NCBI GenBank assembly: GCA_050124795.1
Contig: JASFEO010000004.1
Span: forward strand, 8,943-72,942
Direction: 5' to 3'
From: Candidatus Pacearchaeota archaeon
GTDB lineage: Archaea > Nanobdellota > Nanobdellia > Pacearchaeales > GW2011-AR1
DNA length: 64,000 bases
This document shows positions 9,061 to 19,493 of this stretch, in pieces; position 1 is the stretch's first letter; each line of letters starts with the position of its first letter. Below the pieces are notes generated by a model. It did not search any database, was not told the DNA's origin, and saw only the letters and a program-made list of their open reading frames with translations. The translations under genes were made by a program, and so were the position numbers.

Positions 9061-10485
9061 TTAACCCTTAACAACTGTTAATGGTTTCAATCTTGCAACC
9101 TTCTTGCTTATCCCAAGTTCATCAACAACCCTTACAACCTCGTCGATGTCCTTGTAAACTTCAGGAGCTTCCTCTGACAAACTCTTAACACTCCCTGCCA
9201 TAACTTCAATTCCTTTTTTATGAAGACTTTCCTCCACACTCTCACCTTTAATATTTTTAATTGCCTTGCTTCTCGATAAAACCCTCCCTGCACCATGAAC
9301 AGTTGAACCCCATGTTAATCCTTCTGCTTTTTTTGTTCCAACTAAAACATAAGAAGAAGTCCCCATGCTCCCGGGGATCAAAACCGGCTGCCCAACTTTT
9401 CTATACTTTTCCGGGACTTCAATTCTTCCAGGACCAAAACTTCTCGTCGCGCCCTTTCTATGAACGCAAATTTTTTTCTTTTCACCGTTAATTTCATATT
9501 CTTCAAACTTTGCAATATTATGGCACACTTCATAAACAACTTCAATCTTCAAATTCTTTTTATCAAAAAATAATTTTTCCAATTCCTCACGAATCCAGTG
9601 CGTAATTAATTGCTTATTTGCGAATGCAAAATTTGCTGCAGCATTGTGCGCTGCCAAATAATCCCGCCCCAATTTAGAATTTATTGGCGCATTAATTAAT
9701 TCCCTGTCAGGCAAATCGCGAAAGCCATATTCACTTTCCATTTTTTTAATATAATCGCTTGCAATCTGATGGCCCAATCCTCTAGAACCGCAATGAATCA
9801 TAATTGTCACATTTCCTTTTTTTAAATTAAAAACTTCTGCAACCCCCTCATCAAAAATTTCATCAACATATTGAATCTCAAGAAAATGATTCCCTGCCCC
9901 CAAAGTTCCAAGCTGCCCGACTCCCCGCCGAATTGCTCTCTCAGAAATCTTAGTTGCATCAGCCCCATTCAAACACCCTTCCTCTTCAATATTAAGATAA
10001 TCCTCCTTCTTTCCAAAACCTTTCTCAACAATATATTTGCTCCCTTCTTCAAGAACTCTAAAAAATTCTTTTTTTGTAATATTAAATCCGCTCCCCCTTC
10101 CGACCCCCGAAGGTATTTTTTTATAAAGTGCTTCAACAACTTCTTTTTGTTTTTTTAAAATATCTTCCTTTGTCAAATTTGTTCTAAGCAATCTAACTGA
10201 GCAATCAATATCATAACCAACACCCCCCGGAGAAATAACTCCTTTTTCCAAATCAAACGCAGCAACCCCGCCGATTGAAAACCCATATCCTTGGTGAGCA
10301 TCAGGAAGCGCGATTGAATAATTCAAAATCCCAGGCAAACACGCAACATTTTTCACCTGCTCAATTGTCTTATCTTGTTTTATTGCTTCAAAAATTTTCT
10401 CAGACGCAAAAATCCTCGCAGGAACATTCATCTTCCCTTCTTTTGGAATTTCATAAATATTCTCAGAAATTTTTTTTATCTCCAT
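9061..10485 (-). CDS. rtcB: RtcB RNA (tRNA-splicing) ligase
   Basis: PDAHQGYG, GYDIDC, GNHF, HCGSRG, HRKGAT, PGSMG, HGAGR motifs. Confidence 0.97.
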   Translation of the reverse strand: MEIKKISENIYEIPKEGKMNVPARIFASEKIFEAIKQDKTIEQVKNVACLPGILNYSIALPDAHQGYGFSIGGVAAFDLEKGVISPGGVGYDIDCSVRLLRTNLTKEDILKKQKEVVEALYKKIPSGVGRGSGFNITKKEFFRVLEEGSKYIVEKGFGKKEDYLNIEEEGCLNGADATKISERAIRRGVGQLGTLGAGNHFLEIQYVDEIFDEGVAEVFNLKKGNVTIMIHCGSRGLGHQIASDYIKKMESEYGFRDLPDRELINAPINSKLGRDYLAAHNAAANFAFANKQLITHWIREELEKLFFDKKNLKIEVVYEVCHNIAKFEEYEINGEKKKICVHRKGATRSFGPGRIEVPEKYRKVGQPVLIPGSMGTSSYVLVGTKKAEGLTWGSTVHGAGRVLSRSKAIKNIKGESVEESLHKKGIEVMAGSVKSLSEEAPEVYKDIDEVVRVVDELGISKKVARLKPLTVVKG

Positions 10486-10519
10486 TCAAAATAAAAATAA
10501 GAGAATTATTTAAAATTAT

Positions 10520-10930
10520 CTAAACATCCAAAACAACCTGCACGACCCACTTTTCATTTTCTTTTTTTACAAACATCTGGTTATATGTTATAGCCTTAAC
10601 ATTATTTGTAAAGTCATAATTCTTTGACTCATCACCAAAAACTTCGGCACTCAAATTTCCGTTTATAATTTTAATATTCCTTATTTCACTAATTAAAAAA
10701 TTCTCTGAATCAAGCAAATACAAAAACTCTTCCAAAAAATTATAAAGAAGACTTTCATCATCCTTTGCCTTAATCTTTATTTTCTTCCTTATCTTTTTCT
10801 GAATTTTTAACCCCCCGCAGATAGATTCTCGTAATGCAAAAAAAGAATTTCTAAATGCCCCCTCCTTTGTTTTTCCAAATGCCTGAAATTTTATATCTGC
10901 AGTATGTTCTAGGAATTTAAAATTTTTCAT
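10520..10930 (-). CDS. archease
   Basis: EHTAD and VKAITY motifs, C-terminal LDV; adjacent to rtcB. Confidence 0.95.
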   Translation of the reverse strand: MKNFKFLEHTADIKFQAFGKTKEGAFRNSFFALRESICGGLKIQKKIRKKIKIKAKDDESLLYNFLEEFLYLLDSENFLISEIRNIKIINGNLSAEVFGDESKNYDFTNNVKAITYNQMFVKKENEKWVVQVVLDV

Positions 10931-11406
10931 TTAACATAACAAAAAAGTTTTAATTGCCTTGGGCTAAAAACTGCATAATTCGCAACAATAGTTATCGCCT
11001 GTGTATAAATCTCTCCGTCCAAACTTCCTTCCAAAAGACATGGGTCCTCCAATTCACAAATCCTCGCCGTGCAATTAAGATATTCAGGAGTTTGTTCAAT
11101 TATTCTGTCTCTTACTCCCTGCAAAATCCTTTCCCCGTTATTATCAAACTCCTCCCAAGGAATAGGCAAGGAACTTTCATTAAGTAAAGGACTATAGCTT
11201 GATCTGTTTGAAACAAGAATATTATTTCTTAAAGTCTCATCAACCTGAACTCCCCTTAAAATAGAAAGCTGCGCATCATAGATTTCCGTCGATAGATCTC
11301 TTCCGATATAGCCTTTATTAATAACCATCAGCAAAACCCCCACAATTAACAATATCGAAACAAACGCTTCAACAATCTTCATCCAACCCCTTTTATTTTT
11401 TAACAT
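10927..11406 (-). CDS. pilin-like protein (class III signal peptide)
   Basis: KRG|WMKIVE followed by a hydrophobic helix. Confidence 0.65.
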   Translation of the reverse strand: MLKNKRGWMKIVEAFVSILLIVGVLLMVINKGYIGRDLSTEIYDAQLSILRGVQVDETLRNNILVSNRSSYSPLLNESSLPIPWEEFDNNGERILQGVRDRIIEQTPEYLNCTARICELEDPCLLEGSLDGEIYTQAITIVANYAVFSPRQLKLFCYVK

Positions 11407-11483
11407 AATAAATAAAACAAATTTGACTTAATAAATTTAATTATTAACCTATTTCTTAAATAAATCAGTCTCTGCAAAAAATC

Positions 11484-12200
11484 TTACCATACTTTTATTG
11501 TCAGGAATCCTGGGTTTATATCTGCCTCGCTATCAACAAAAAGAACAGGAATCTCTTCTGCGTAAACACTTGTCGAAACATTTTCATCAGGAGTCTCAAT
11601 TAAAATTGTTTTTTTATCTGTAAATGAAAATCCGAAATTAGACGAAACCTCCAGACTAAGATTCTCCTTAAGTGAAGAGTAATTAGACCAGTAATCAAGA
11701 ATCACATCATTAATCTTAGATAAGAAAATTTCATTATTAATATTAGCTGATTTGAAAATATAACTATCATTTGAAAGTAATTGGCAGCCGGGGAGATTCC
11801 CTTTTCCAACAGTCCCGAACTCCTCTGAATTATATATTCTAAAAAGAGTATCATTAAGACTATTTCTATCGATCAAAAGATCATCCTGGTGATCTCTTAC
11901 CTCAGTTATAATCCCACCGGATTCATTTTTTAAAATAAAATTCTCGCTCTTCAATTGCCCGACAAAATCTTTCAGGCGAACACAATTAGAACTCGTAGTA
12001 ACATTGATAACAAAGGTTATTCCCTCCATTTCTGACGAAAACGCTTCAATTAATTCTATTTCAATATTATCAAGAATCTTTTCTTTGTCTTCCTTTATCT
12101 GGATTGAAGGCTGCAATATCGAATATAAAAATACAATAAAAGTTATAAAAATAACAAATGACAAGATCACCCCGACATGAGAACCCTTTTTTGAATGCAT
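11484..12200 (-). CDS. pilin-like protein (class III signal peptide)
   Basis: KKG|SHVG followed by a hydrophobic helix; many N-X-S/T sequons. Confidence 0.65.
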   Translation of the reverse strand: MHSKKGSHVGVILSFVIFITFIVFLYSILQPSIQIKEDKEKILDNIEIELIEAFSSEMEGITFVINVTTSSNCVRLKDFVGQLKSENFILKNESGGIITEVRDHQDDLLIDRNSLNDTLFRIYNSEEFGTVGKGNLPGCQLLSNDSYIFKSANINNEIFLSKINDVILDYWSNYSSLKENLSLEVSSNFGFSFTDKKTILIETPDENVSTSVYAEEIPVLFVDSEADINPGFLTIKVW

Positions 12201-12239
12201 AGATTAAATAAGAAAATTAGATTTATTAATTTAACTTAT

Positions 12240-13079
12240 TTACGCACCAAGAAATAAATTAGCCACAGAGAAAATCAAAAAAGAAATAACCATTAATGCA
12301 AAAGAATGTTTAATCCCTGCCTTAATGTTCCCCTCAGAAAGTTTTCCTATGGCGAGCCCGGAAAAAAAACCCTGAATCAAAAGCAAATATAAAAAAGCAT
12401 CTGCTAATTCGGAACTTTCAATTGGAACAATAGTAGATGTCCCGGAAAAACCCGCTTCTAAGCCGGCTCCTGCAAGACCTGTAACCATCGGCAAAATCTT
12501 AAACTGCATTATAAGAATAATTAAAATAAAAACAAAGAAAATTATATAACCCTGAACAACAAGGGTGGAAATTGCTGCCTTTCTTTCTTTTTTTAATTTA
12601 TCTGTCATTGTCACTGCCCCTGCGACTGCCTGTAAAATCCTCCCGATATCCCCCCCCGCCTTTTCTGCCTGGCCGATTAAAGTTAATGCTCTTGAAATTG
12701 TTTTGTTATCAACATCCTTTGAAAAAGTCTGCAAAGCAGAATTTAATGGAATGCCCAAGGAAATTTGATTTGCGAGTTTTCTTACATTCTTGCTTAAAAC
12801 CCCGTAAGACTTCTTCTTCAAATTAATTATACTTTTACTTATCGGAGTTCCGCTTGAAACACTTTCAACTAAGTTTCTTGCAAATTCCAAAAACATTTCT
12901 TCTTTTTCATTAGCAATTCTTGTTTCATTAATACTGGTTACAACAAAAGGAATCGCCCCGATAAGCAGACCAAAGCCAATTAAAATAAAGAAAAAAGAAG
13001 TATCAATAAAAAATAGAGATCCAATCACGATTAAAAGAGAAACTGCGATTGAAATCCAGTGTATTTTTTTTAATTCCAT
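12240..13079 (-). CDS. type IV pilus platform protein (TadC/PilC, T2SSF)
   Basis: FLEFARNL..SG, LGIPL..AL, AEKAGG, GKLSEG..AG.KH; multiple TMs. Confidence 0.9.
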   Translation of the reverse strand: MELKKIHWISIAVSLLIVIGSLFFIDTSFFFILIGFGLLIGAIPFVVTSINETRIANEKEEMFLEFARNLVESVSSGTPISKSIINLKKKSYGVLSKNVRKLANQISLGIPLNSALQTFSKDVDNKTISRALTLIGQAEKAGGDIGRILQAVAGAVTMTDKLKKERKAAISTLVVQGYIIFFVFILIILIMQFKILPMVTGLAGAGLEAGFSGTSTIVPIESSELADAFLYLLLIQGFFSGLAIGKLSEGNIKAGIKHSFALMVISFLIFSVANLFLGA

Positions 13080-14402
13080 TTATGTGCTCGGCTGTTTTAA
13101 ATATAAAAATGTAAGGAAGAGAACATTAATCATTGAAACTCCAAGTATCATTATAAGAGTGATAACTGAAGTGCTTAATGCAATTCCAAGACCGCTTATT
13201 TTAATTAAAATAACAAGAAGCATTAAAATCATCGGCGCTGCAATAACTACACTTATATAAATATCCATAAAAGTTTCTGCAGACTTAGTATATTTTTCCC
13301 TCTCAAGGCGGTAATCAAAAAGAAGTGTCTCTGATCTCTTGTCAAAAAATTCTCTTAAATCCCCCCCTGAAGTAATTGTTGTCGCGAAGCCATTAAGAAG
13401 TTCTGCAAGTTTTTTGCTTGGAGTATTTAACGCAGTACTCTTCAAAGCATTAACAAGATCATACCCATAAATAGCGATTTCATTTATTAATTTTATAAAT
13501 TCCTTTTCAATTGCAACATATTCTTTTGTTGAAATTAAAACACTAAAAATTTTGCTTGGGTCAATCAAAGAACCTGAGATCGCGAACATATGAATTGCTG
13601 CGAATGGAAGTTCCTGATTAATCTGGTTCTCAAGTGCCTTTTTCTCCATTGAAGGATAAAAATATCCAAAAGCAAAAGTTACAAGAGGAATTGCAAAAGG
13701 AATCCAAAAAATTTTCAATAACCTGCTTATTGGATCAACTGCAGCTCTTGTAATGATCGGCCACTCTGCCCCGAAATTAAAGAATATAAAGAATAAAAGA
13801 ATAAAAAGTGAAACAAAAAAAGAAAGAAGAGTTGTAAAAAAAAGAGTTGAAATATAACTCGCAGGAATAAACTGCAGATTTGCTTTTATCAAATCTCTTT
13901 CAAGCCCCCTAAAAATTTCGCTCTTGGAAACCGAAGAAGAAAATTTAAAGAAAAATCTATTCGCAAATAAAACATATTTATTTGGTTTTTTTATCTTCTT
14001 TTTTGCCTTAACTGCTTTTTTCTTTTTTACTCTTTTCAAGGTCTCTTTCTCAAGACTTGATATTCCAATCTCTTTTTCAAAAGATTTTCCAAATAAAGAT
14101 TCAAAAACTCCTTTCTTTTTTATTTTTGGTATTTCTTTTTTATTTGGAAGGTTGTCTCTCATTTCAACTTCATTAGAAGTTTTTGGAATCAAGGGTTTTG
14201 CAATAGAAATATTTTCAACAAAAGGAATAATATTTTTATTTTCATCTTTTAATGACTTAGTTAAAGAATTAATATGAGACATAATTATTTTTCTCTCAGA
14301 ACCCCTTCTTCCGCTTAAAGAAGAAAAAGAAGACTCAAGTTCATTAAATATTTTTTTCTCATTCATGATTATCTCTTTTAACTTAACAAAATCAGGCTTC
14401 AT
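13080..14402 (-). CDS. second type IV pilus platform protein (TadC-like)
   Basis: L.KANL, ELPFA, YGYD...AL, TPS, SGGDL; C-terminal TMs. Confidence 0.9.
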   Translation of the reverse strand: MKPDFVKLKEIIMNEKKIFNELESSFSSLSGRRGSERKIIMSHINSLTKSLKDENKNIIPFVENISIAKPLIPKTSNEVEMRDNLPNKKEIPKIKKKGVFESLFGKSFEKEIGISSLEKETLKRVKKKKAVKAKKKIKKPNKYVLFANRFFFKFSSSVSKSEIFRGLERDLIKANLQFIPASYISTLFFTTLLSFFVSLFILLFFIFFNFGAEWPIITRAAVDPISRLLKIFWIPFAIPLVTFAFGYFYPSMEKKALENQINQELPFAAIHMFAISGSLIDPSKIFSVLISTKEYVAIEKEFIKLINEIAIYGYDLVNALKSTALNTPSKKLAELLNGFATTITSGGDLREFFDKRSETLLFDYRLEREKYTKSAETFMDIYISVVIAAPMILMLLVILIKISGLGIALSTSVITLIMILGVSMINVLFLTFLYLKQPST

Positions 14403-14575
14403 TTTAAAACTTCCTCGATCTTTTTCTGTGCTTCAAGAATAAATTCTTTTAACATTTGAACTCCGTCATAATTTTTATTTTGATATGCAGTCTCAAGTTT
14501 CACTTCTGCTTCCCCAAGACTTCTGATTAACTGTCCCAAAAAAATAATCTCTTCTTTTTTCAATCCCTCTTTCAT
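14399..14575 (-). CDS. 58-aa helical protein coupled to tadC (absent from ORF track)
   Basis: MKEGLKKEEIIFLGQLIRSL..KKIEEVLK*; stop overlaps the tadC start (ATGA); TATA box upstream. Confidence 0.65.
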   Translation of the reverse strand: MKEGLKKEEIIFLGQLIRSLGEAEVKLETAYQNKNYDGVQMLKEFILEAQKKIEEVLK

Positions 14576-14627
14576 CAACTAAAATAGTAAAGATAGATTA
14601 TAAATATTTTGTTTTAAAAAATAAAAA

Positions 14628-16049
14628 TTAAGCAACAGTTATGGAAGTGTTTCCAAGAGTTGTAGTTACGCTTCCTCCTTCAAGACCATAAACTCCTCCA
14701 AAGTTATAAGTCCCCGGAGTTGTTGGCGCCTGAACAGTATATGTAAATGGATCATTTCTTACATCATATGGAGACAAAGAAAAATTATCAATCCATACCC
14801 ATGCCAACCTTGTTGAATTGCCATATCCTCCATCATCATCAGTTATAGTCCATCCTACAGGGATATATTCTTCCAAAGCATAATATTCTTCTCCACTCTG
14901 AAGATATACATAAACATCAATATTCATTGTTCCACCAGGCGAAATAGTTGAACTTGAAAACTCTCTATACATCATTGAAATTGCTGGTGAAGTACATGTT
15001 TGGTTACAGCATCTTGTTGAATCAGATGCAACCAATATTGTTCCTCCGCAGGTCTCTGCTCCAACACAAATATCTCCTGAGCAAGGTTGAGATGAACCAT
15101 TGCTTACAGCCAAAGTTCCTCCTGAACTAATAATACTTTCACTTTCTCCTGCAACATATGCAATAAAATAATAATCCCTTGGATCTATCCCAACATCATC
15201 ATCACCAACATATGTCCATGATGCTATCCAGGATCCACTTGAAGAAGTTCCTGAAAAAGTTATATTAGCAGGATTTGTAGGAGAAGTTGGAACAAGGTCA
15301 TCAGAAACAAGAAAATCATATTCCCAAATCTGAAACCAAATATCCTTGCCATCACAATCAGTTCCCTGAAGATTCATTGAAACAGTTGCCCCATCAACAA
15401 CACTTAAAGTACTCCAGAAAGCATTTGTCAAATCACATGTCGCAGTATCAATTTCACAACTTCCAATAGAAGTATTACAATGATAACCTGAAGAACATGA
15501 ACCGCATCCACAAGTAGAACCATTCACACTATAATATCCACAAGTATAACTATTGTCAGAACAAAAAGAAGGACAATTAACAGAAGCCCCACCACCAGCT
15601 ACATTCAATCTATAAAAAGCAATAATCCCCCCTGTAATTGTTTTTCCTGAATCAGACTTATATATCGGAGCAATAGAAATTGTTTGAACATTATCAATAT
15701 CTAACTGAGCTAATGTAAAATTAAATCTCTTTTGCCCTAATTCTTGTAAACTAATATCATCAAATTCAAAAACTTCAGAATTTTGCCCATCATTAACAAT
15801 AAATTTCAATCCATATAAATCCCCTTTTCCTGCATTTCTTTTAACATCAATCTCAGCATAGTCAGTTGAATTATCAACATTCACATTTTTTATATCAAGA
15901 CTTGTTGTAAACTTATCAAGAAAAATTTGTTCCCCCCCTTCCTGAACAAGGTTTGCAATTACAACCCAGACAATTCCAATTGCAACTAAAACTAAAAGAA
16001 TTATTATCAAAGTTGTAACAATAGTACTCAACCCCTTTTTCTTAAGCAT
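14628..16049 (-). CDS. large pilin-like adhesin
   Basis: KKG|LSTIVTT class III signal, pilin domain, Cys-rich linkers, beta-rich C-terminal domains. Confidence 0.8.
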   Translation of the reverse strand: MLKKKGLSTIVTTLIIILLVLVAIGIVWVVIANLVQEGGEQIFLDKFTTSLDIKNVNVDNSTDYAEIDVKRNAGKGDLYGLKFIVNDGQNSEVFEFDDISLQELGQKRFNFTLAQLDIDNVQTISIAPIYKSDSGKTITGGIIAFYRLNVAGGGASVNCPSFCSDNSYTCGYYSVNGSTCGCGSCSSGYHCNTSIGSCEIDTATCDLTNAFWSTLSVVDGATVSMNLQGTDCDGKDIWFQIWEYDFLVSDDLVPTSPTNPANITFSGTSSSGSWIASWTYVGDDDVGIDPRDYYFIAYVAGESESIISSGGTLAVSNGSSQPCSGDICVGAETCGGTILVASDSTRCCNQTCTSPAISMMYREFSSSTISPGGTMNIDVYVYLQSGEEYYALEEYIPVGWTITDDDGGYGNSTRLAWVWIDNFSLSPYDVRNDPFTYTVQAPTTPGTYNFGGVYGLEGGSVTTTLGNTSITVA

Positions 16050-16140
16050 GCTACTTATAGAAAAAAAGAGTTTATAAATATTTTGCTAAACAAAATCCTC
16101 AATAATAATTTAATTAGTCCTGCCACGAAGAGAAATAAAG

Positions 16141-17709
16141 TTAAATCTGAACCTTAAACTTTTTCAGAACTTCATCCGGCTTTTTATAATATTCATCTAC
16201 TATTTTCTGAACCTCTTCAAACCTAAAGATTTTATTTCTATAAAGAGAATATATTAATTTCGTCCTCTTTCTAAATTCCTCTTCAAGCTCATTCATCTTC
16301 ATCCCGGTTCTCTTTGCGATCTTCTCAAATATCTTTGAATTTTTCTTAAAATAAAATTGATCATCAGCAGGATTCCACACAAAAGGGGTATTTGTTACTG
16401 CAACACCATCGGGGTTTACATTTACAATCTCGACAATCTGCTTTAGTTTTCTTGTCTCATGACGATTAACAGTAGCATGAGTCATAATGCCGACACAATC
16501 AAGAACATTAACAAGCGTCGGTGAAAGTTCAATCGGCGGGGTCTCCAACCTTTTAATCACAGTATCAACTGAATCTGCATGCATAGTGCTAACTGAAGAA
16601 TGACCTGATGCCATCCCCTGAAATAAAACAAATGCTTCTTTTCCCCTCACTTCACCGACGATAACATAATCTGGATTCTGTCTAAAAGAACTTCTAAGCA
16701 AAGTAAACAAATCAATCTCCTGGGTTTCATTAGAACCGGTCGCCCCTCTTGCAACACTTGGAAGCCAGTTTTCCCTCGGCAAATTCAATTCTCTTGTGTC
16801 CTCAATCGAAACAACCCTTGCTTCAGGAGGAATAAAAAACGCAACAGCATTCAATAAAGTTGTTTTTCCCGACGCTGTTCCCCCGGTTAACAAAATATTC
16901 ATCTTATATTGCACCAAAAGCCACAAATACGCAAGCATCTCTGCAGACAAAGTATTCATTGACAATAACTGCGTCGGTGTCCATGGGGTTTTTGTAAACT
17001 TCCTTATTGTAAAAGTAGGCCCCCTCGACGTAATATCCTTTGTATAAGTTGCATTTACACGACTCCCATCAGGAAGACTTCCATCGAGAATTGGTCTTGC
17101 ATAAGAAATATATTTTCCGCACCTTTGCGCTAACTTTTCAACAAAACTTGAAAGCCTTTCGATATCCTTAAAAACAAGATTTGTCCTCAAGTTTCTGTAA
17201 ACACGATGAACAATATAAACAGGAGTGTCCGCCCCATTGCACTCAATATCCTCGACAAAATAATCCCTTAATAACGGGTCAACCTCATTAAAACCAATAA
17301 AATCCCTGCACAAATAATAATATATCTTCTTATAAGTTTCATAATTAATATCTATCCCAAAATCAACTGCCAAAAACTTAAACCTCTTATCAATATACTC
17401 AAGAAGCTTCTCCTCCTTTTTCTCAACAATCTCCTCAGTATTAATCATATCCCTTAAAATAGATTTCATTTTTTCCTTATACTCAAACTCCTCCTTGCTT
17501 AACAAAGGCTCTTCAATCTCATAAACAACTTCATAAATCTTCGGGTCCCAATAAATATGAACATAAGCAAAAGGCGCAGCAAGACAATACCGAACATTAA
17601 TCTTTGTCCTGTCTTTTATTTTTTTCAATGGATAAACCTTTGGGGAAAAATCCAAATACGGTCTTGCATAATTTTGTATTACTTCTTTTATTGAACTTTT
17701 CTTTTTCAT
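16141..17709 (-). CDS. type IV pilus assembly ATPase (VirB11/TadA/PilB family)
   Basis: GGTASGKT Walker A, IEDTREL, RQNPDYVIVGEVRG, GH..STMH. Confidence 0.95.
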   Translation of the reverse strand: MKKKSSIKEVIQNYARPYLDFSPKVYPLKKIKDRTKINVRYCLAAPFAYVHIYWDPKIYEVVYEIEEPLLSKEEFEYKEKMKSILRDMINTEEIVEKKEEKLLEYIDKRFKFLAVDFGIDINYETYKKIYYYLCRDFIGFNEVDPLLRDYFVEDIECNGADTPVYIVHRVYRNLRTNLVFKDIERLSSFVEKLAQRCGKYISYARPILDGSLPDGSRVNATYTKDITSRGPTFTIRKFTKTPWTPTQLLSMNTLSAEMLAYLWLLVQYKMNILLTGGTASGKTTLLNAVAFFIPPEARVVSIEDTRELNLPRENWLPSVARGATGSNETQEIDLFTLLRSSFRQNPDYVIVGEVRGKEAFVLFQGMASGHSSVSTMHADSVDTVIKRLETPPIELSPTLVNVLDCVGIMTHATVNRHETRKLKQIVEIVNVNPDGVAVTNTPFVWNPADDQFYFKKNSKIFEKIAKRTGMKMNELEEEFRKRTKLIYSLYRNKIFRFEEVQKIVDEYYKKPDEVLKKFKVQI

Positions 17710-17710
17710 T

Positions 17711-18349
17711 TTAATCTATATCAATATTTATACTTAAAACCTCCTGAACATATTTGCAATAATTAGCAATACAATATTTTGAAAACCCAACTGAATATTG
17801 GGGATTTGTGCATGTTGAAGTATTTCCTGATGAACAATTGGAAGACAAATCAGTAAACTGATAATGCCCCCGATTAAGGATAGTTGCCTTATAAGAATTT
17901 GACGAAGAAGAAAGAATCTTTAATTTGTCTTCTGCAAAATAACTTAAATTGTATTCATCTGAATAATCTTTTGTTAAAGTTACATTATTTATTTTCCCGA
18001 TTTTCTCTGTATAAAAGGTAATCCCCGACGCATCATTGTCAATCAAAACCCAGGGTTCAGAATATTGATATTTGCTTTCCATTTCAAAAATAATCTTATC
18101 AGACTTTGCATCAATTATGAAATTTCCTTTTTTTACTCCAAGTTCAATTATTCTTTGGTTTCCCGGAGCCTGAGACAAATCCTTAAAAACAGAGTCAAGA
18201 GTTTTCATTAATCCAAGGGATTGATCAAGCACTGCCTGGTCCCGGCCTGCTTCAATTTTTGGTTTCACAACAGAAATTACTGTTCCAATCATAATCAATG
18301 CAATTAAAGTATAAATTACAGTTTCAACCCATACCTGACCTCTTTTCAT
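17711..18349 (-). CDS. pilin-like protein (RG|Q..xE type signal)
   Basis: MKRG|QVWVET followed by a hydrophobic helix. Confidence 0.75.
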   Translation of the reverse strand: MKRGQVWVETVIYTLIALIMIGTVISVVKPKIEAGRDQAVLDQSLGLMKTLDSVFKDLSQAPGNQRIIELGVKKGNFIIDAKSDKIIFEMESKYQYSEPWVLIDNDASGITFYTEKIGKINNVTLTKDYSDEYNLSYFAEDKLKILSSSSNSYKATILNRGHYQFTDLSSNCSSGNTSTCTNPQYSVGFSKYCIANYCKYVQEVLSINIDID

Positions 18350-18391
18350 TCATCTAATATGAATTCTTAATTAATAAACTTAACGCAAAAA

Positions 18392-18901
18392 TTAACTCGC
18401 TAAGATTGAACAATCAGGAATATCATAAACAGTGTCTGAAACCTTGCACGCTTTTCCATCTATAATAGGGGCCACCTCGATAAATCCTGGCTTGCCGGAA
18501 AATCCGGTTCCAATATAAGTTCTTCCTGAACTTTTATTTGGAATTACAACCTGTGCTCCTGAAGGGTAGGCAGACAAATCCGCAACAGTCGACAAAACAT
18601 TTGTTATTTCATAAGACTTGGAAGCCTTTGTTGAACTATCAAAAACAGAGACAATTAATTTTTCCAAATCAACATCCCCTACATTTATCGAGAACTGAAC
18701 ATCATACGACGAAGAATTATAACAAGTATATTTGCTGTTAATTGTCACAGCATCAAAAATCCCAAAGCATGACTCTGCCTCTTCAAGACGATCTTCAACT
18801 AAATTCTTTACCATAACCCATACAAAACTAACCAAAGTAACAACCAGCAAAACAAGTATCAATACAGTAACAACCCCTGACAAACCTCTTTTTCTTAACA
18901 T
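18392..18901 (-). CDS. type IV pilin
   Basis: KRG|LSGVV followed by a hydrophobic helix; VAPII..C C-terminus. Confidence 0.8.
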   Translation of the reverse strand: MLRKRGLSGVVTVLILVLLVVTLVSFVWVMVKNLVEDRLEEAESCFGIFDAVTINSKYTCYNSSSYDVQFSINVGDVDLEKLIVSVFDSSTKASKSYEITNVLSTVADLSAYPSGAQVVIPNKSSGRTYIGTGFSGKPGFIEVAPIIDGKACKVSDTVYDIPDCSILAS

Positions 18902-18952
18902 ACAAAATAAAAAATTTACAAGTTTATTAATTTATCTGCTAATTAAATAGAA

Positions 18953-19396
18953 TTAATAAATAACAAGTTCATAGCCATGCTGGTTTTCATCACAGACAAA
19001 AGTTCTCTCTCCTCTTTCAGAACTTCCCAACAACACAGGAATTAAAACTATATTTGTTGCGCTCCCAATATTAACTCCTCCTGAAAAACTTCCACCCTGA
19101 CTTAGGCCGCTAAACCCGGTTACATCAACAGTATCATAACTTCCTTCTCCAATAACTTTCATTTTCATTCCATAAATCGGAACATTCCCATTATTGACTA
19201 TTGATAATTCCCCTGCAGAATAACCCGCGTCAAAAGAAACATCATTGCAAACAAGTTCAATGTTCGTCCCTTCAAACTTTGTAATTGATTCCCGCGTCAT
19301 TCCTTGAAACCATAAAAATATAATCAACCCAATAACAACAACCATCGCAATTAATAAAACCGTCGCAATCACCGGCGAAACCCCTTTTCTTTTCAT
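18953..19396 (-). CDS. archaeal type IV pilin (candidate major pilin)
   Basis: RKG|VSPVIATVLLI canonical archaeal pilin N-terminus; IVNNGNV. Confidence 0.9.
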   Translation of the reverse strand: MKRKGVSPVIATVLLIAMVVVIGLIIFLWFQGMTRESITKFEGTNIELVCNDVSFDAGYSAGELSIVNNGNVPIYGMKMKVIGEGSYDTVDVTGFSGLSQGGSFSGGVNIGSATNIVLIPVLLGSSERGERTFVCDENQHGYELVIY

Positions 19397-19456
19397 AATA
19401 AAAATAAATAAATATGTTTTAAATATGTTTTGATAATTAATTGTTAAATTTTAACA

Positions 19457-19474
19457 GCCCGCGCAATCGCGGGC
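19457..19474. terminator. perfect GC hairpin downstream of gatA
   Basis: GCCCGCG-CAAT-CGCGGGC between the gatA stop and the pilin promoter. Confidence 0.5.
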
Positions 19475-19493
19475 ATCTTCTAATCTCCACTCC

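Noticed and set aside
10927-19396. Archaellum locus
   Set aside because: No ArlH/F/G-like genes; two TadC proteins and diverse pilins fit a pilus
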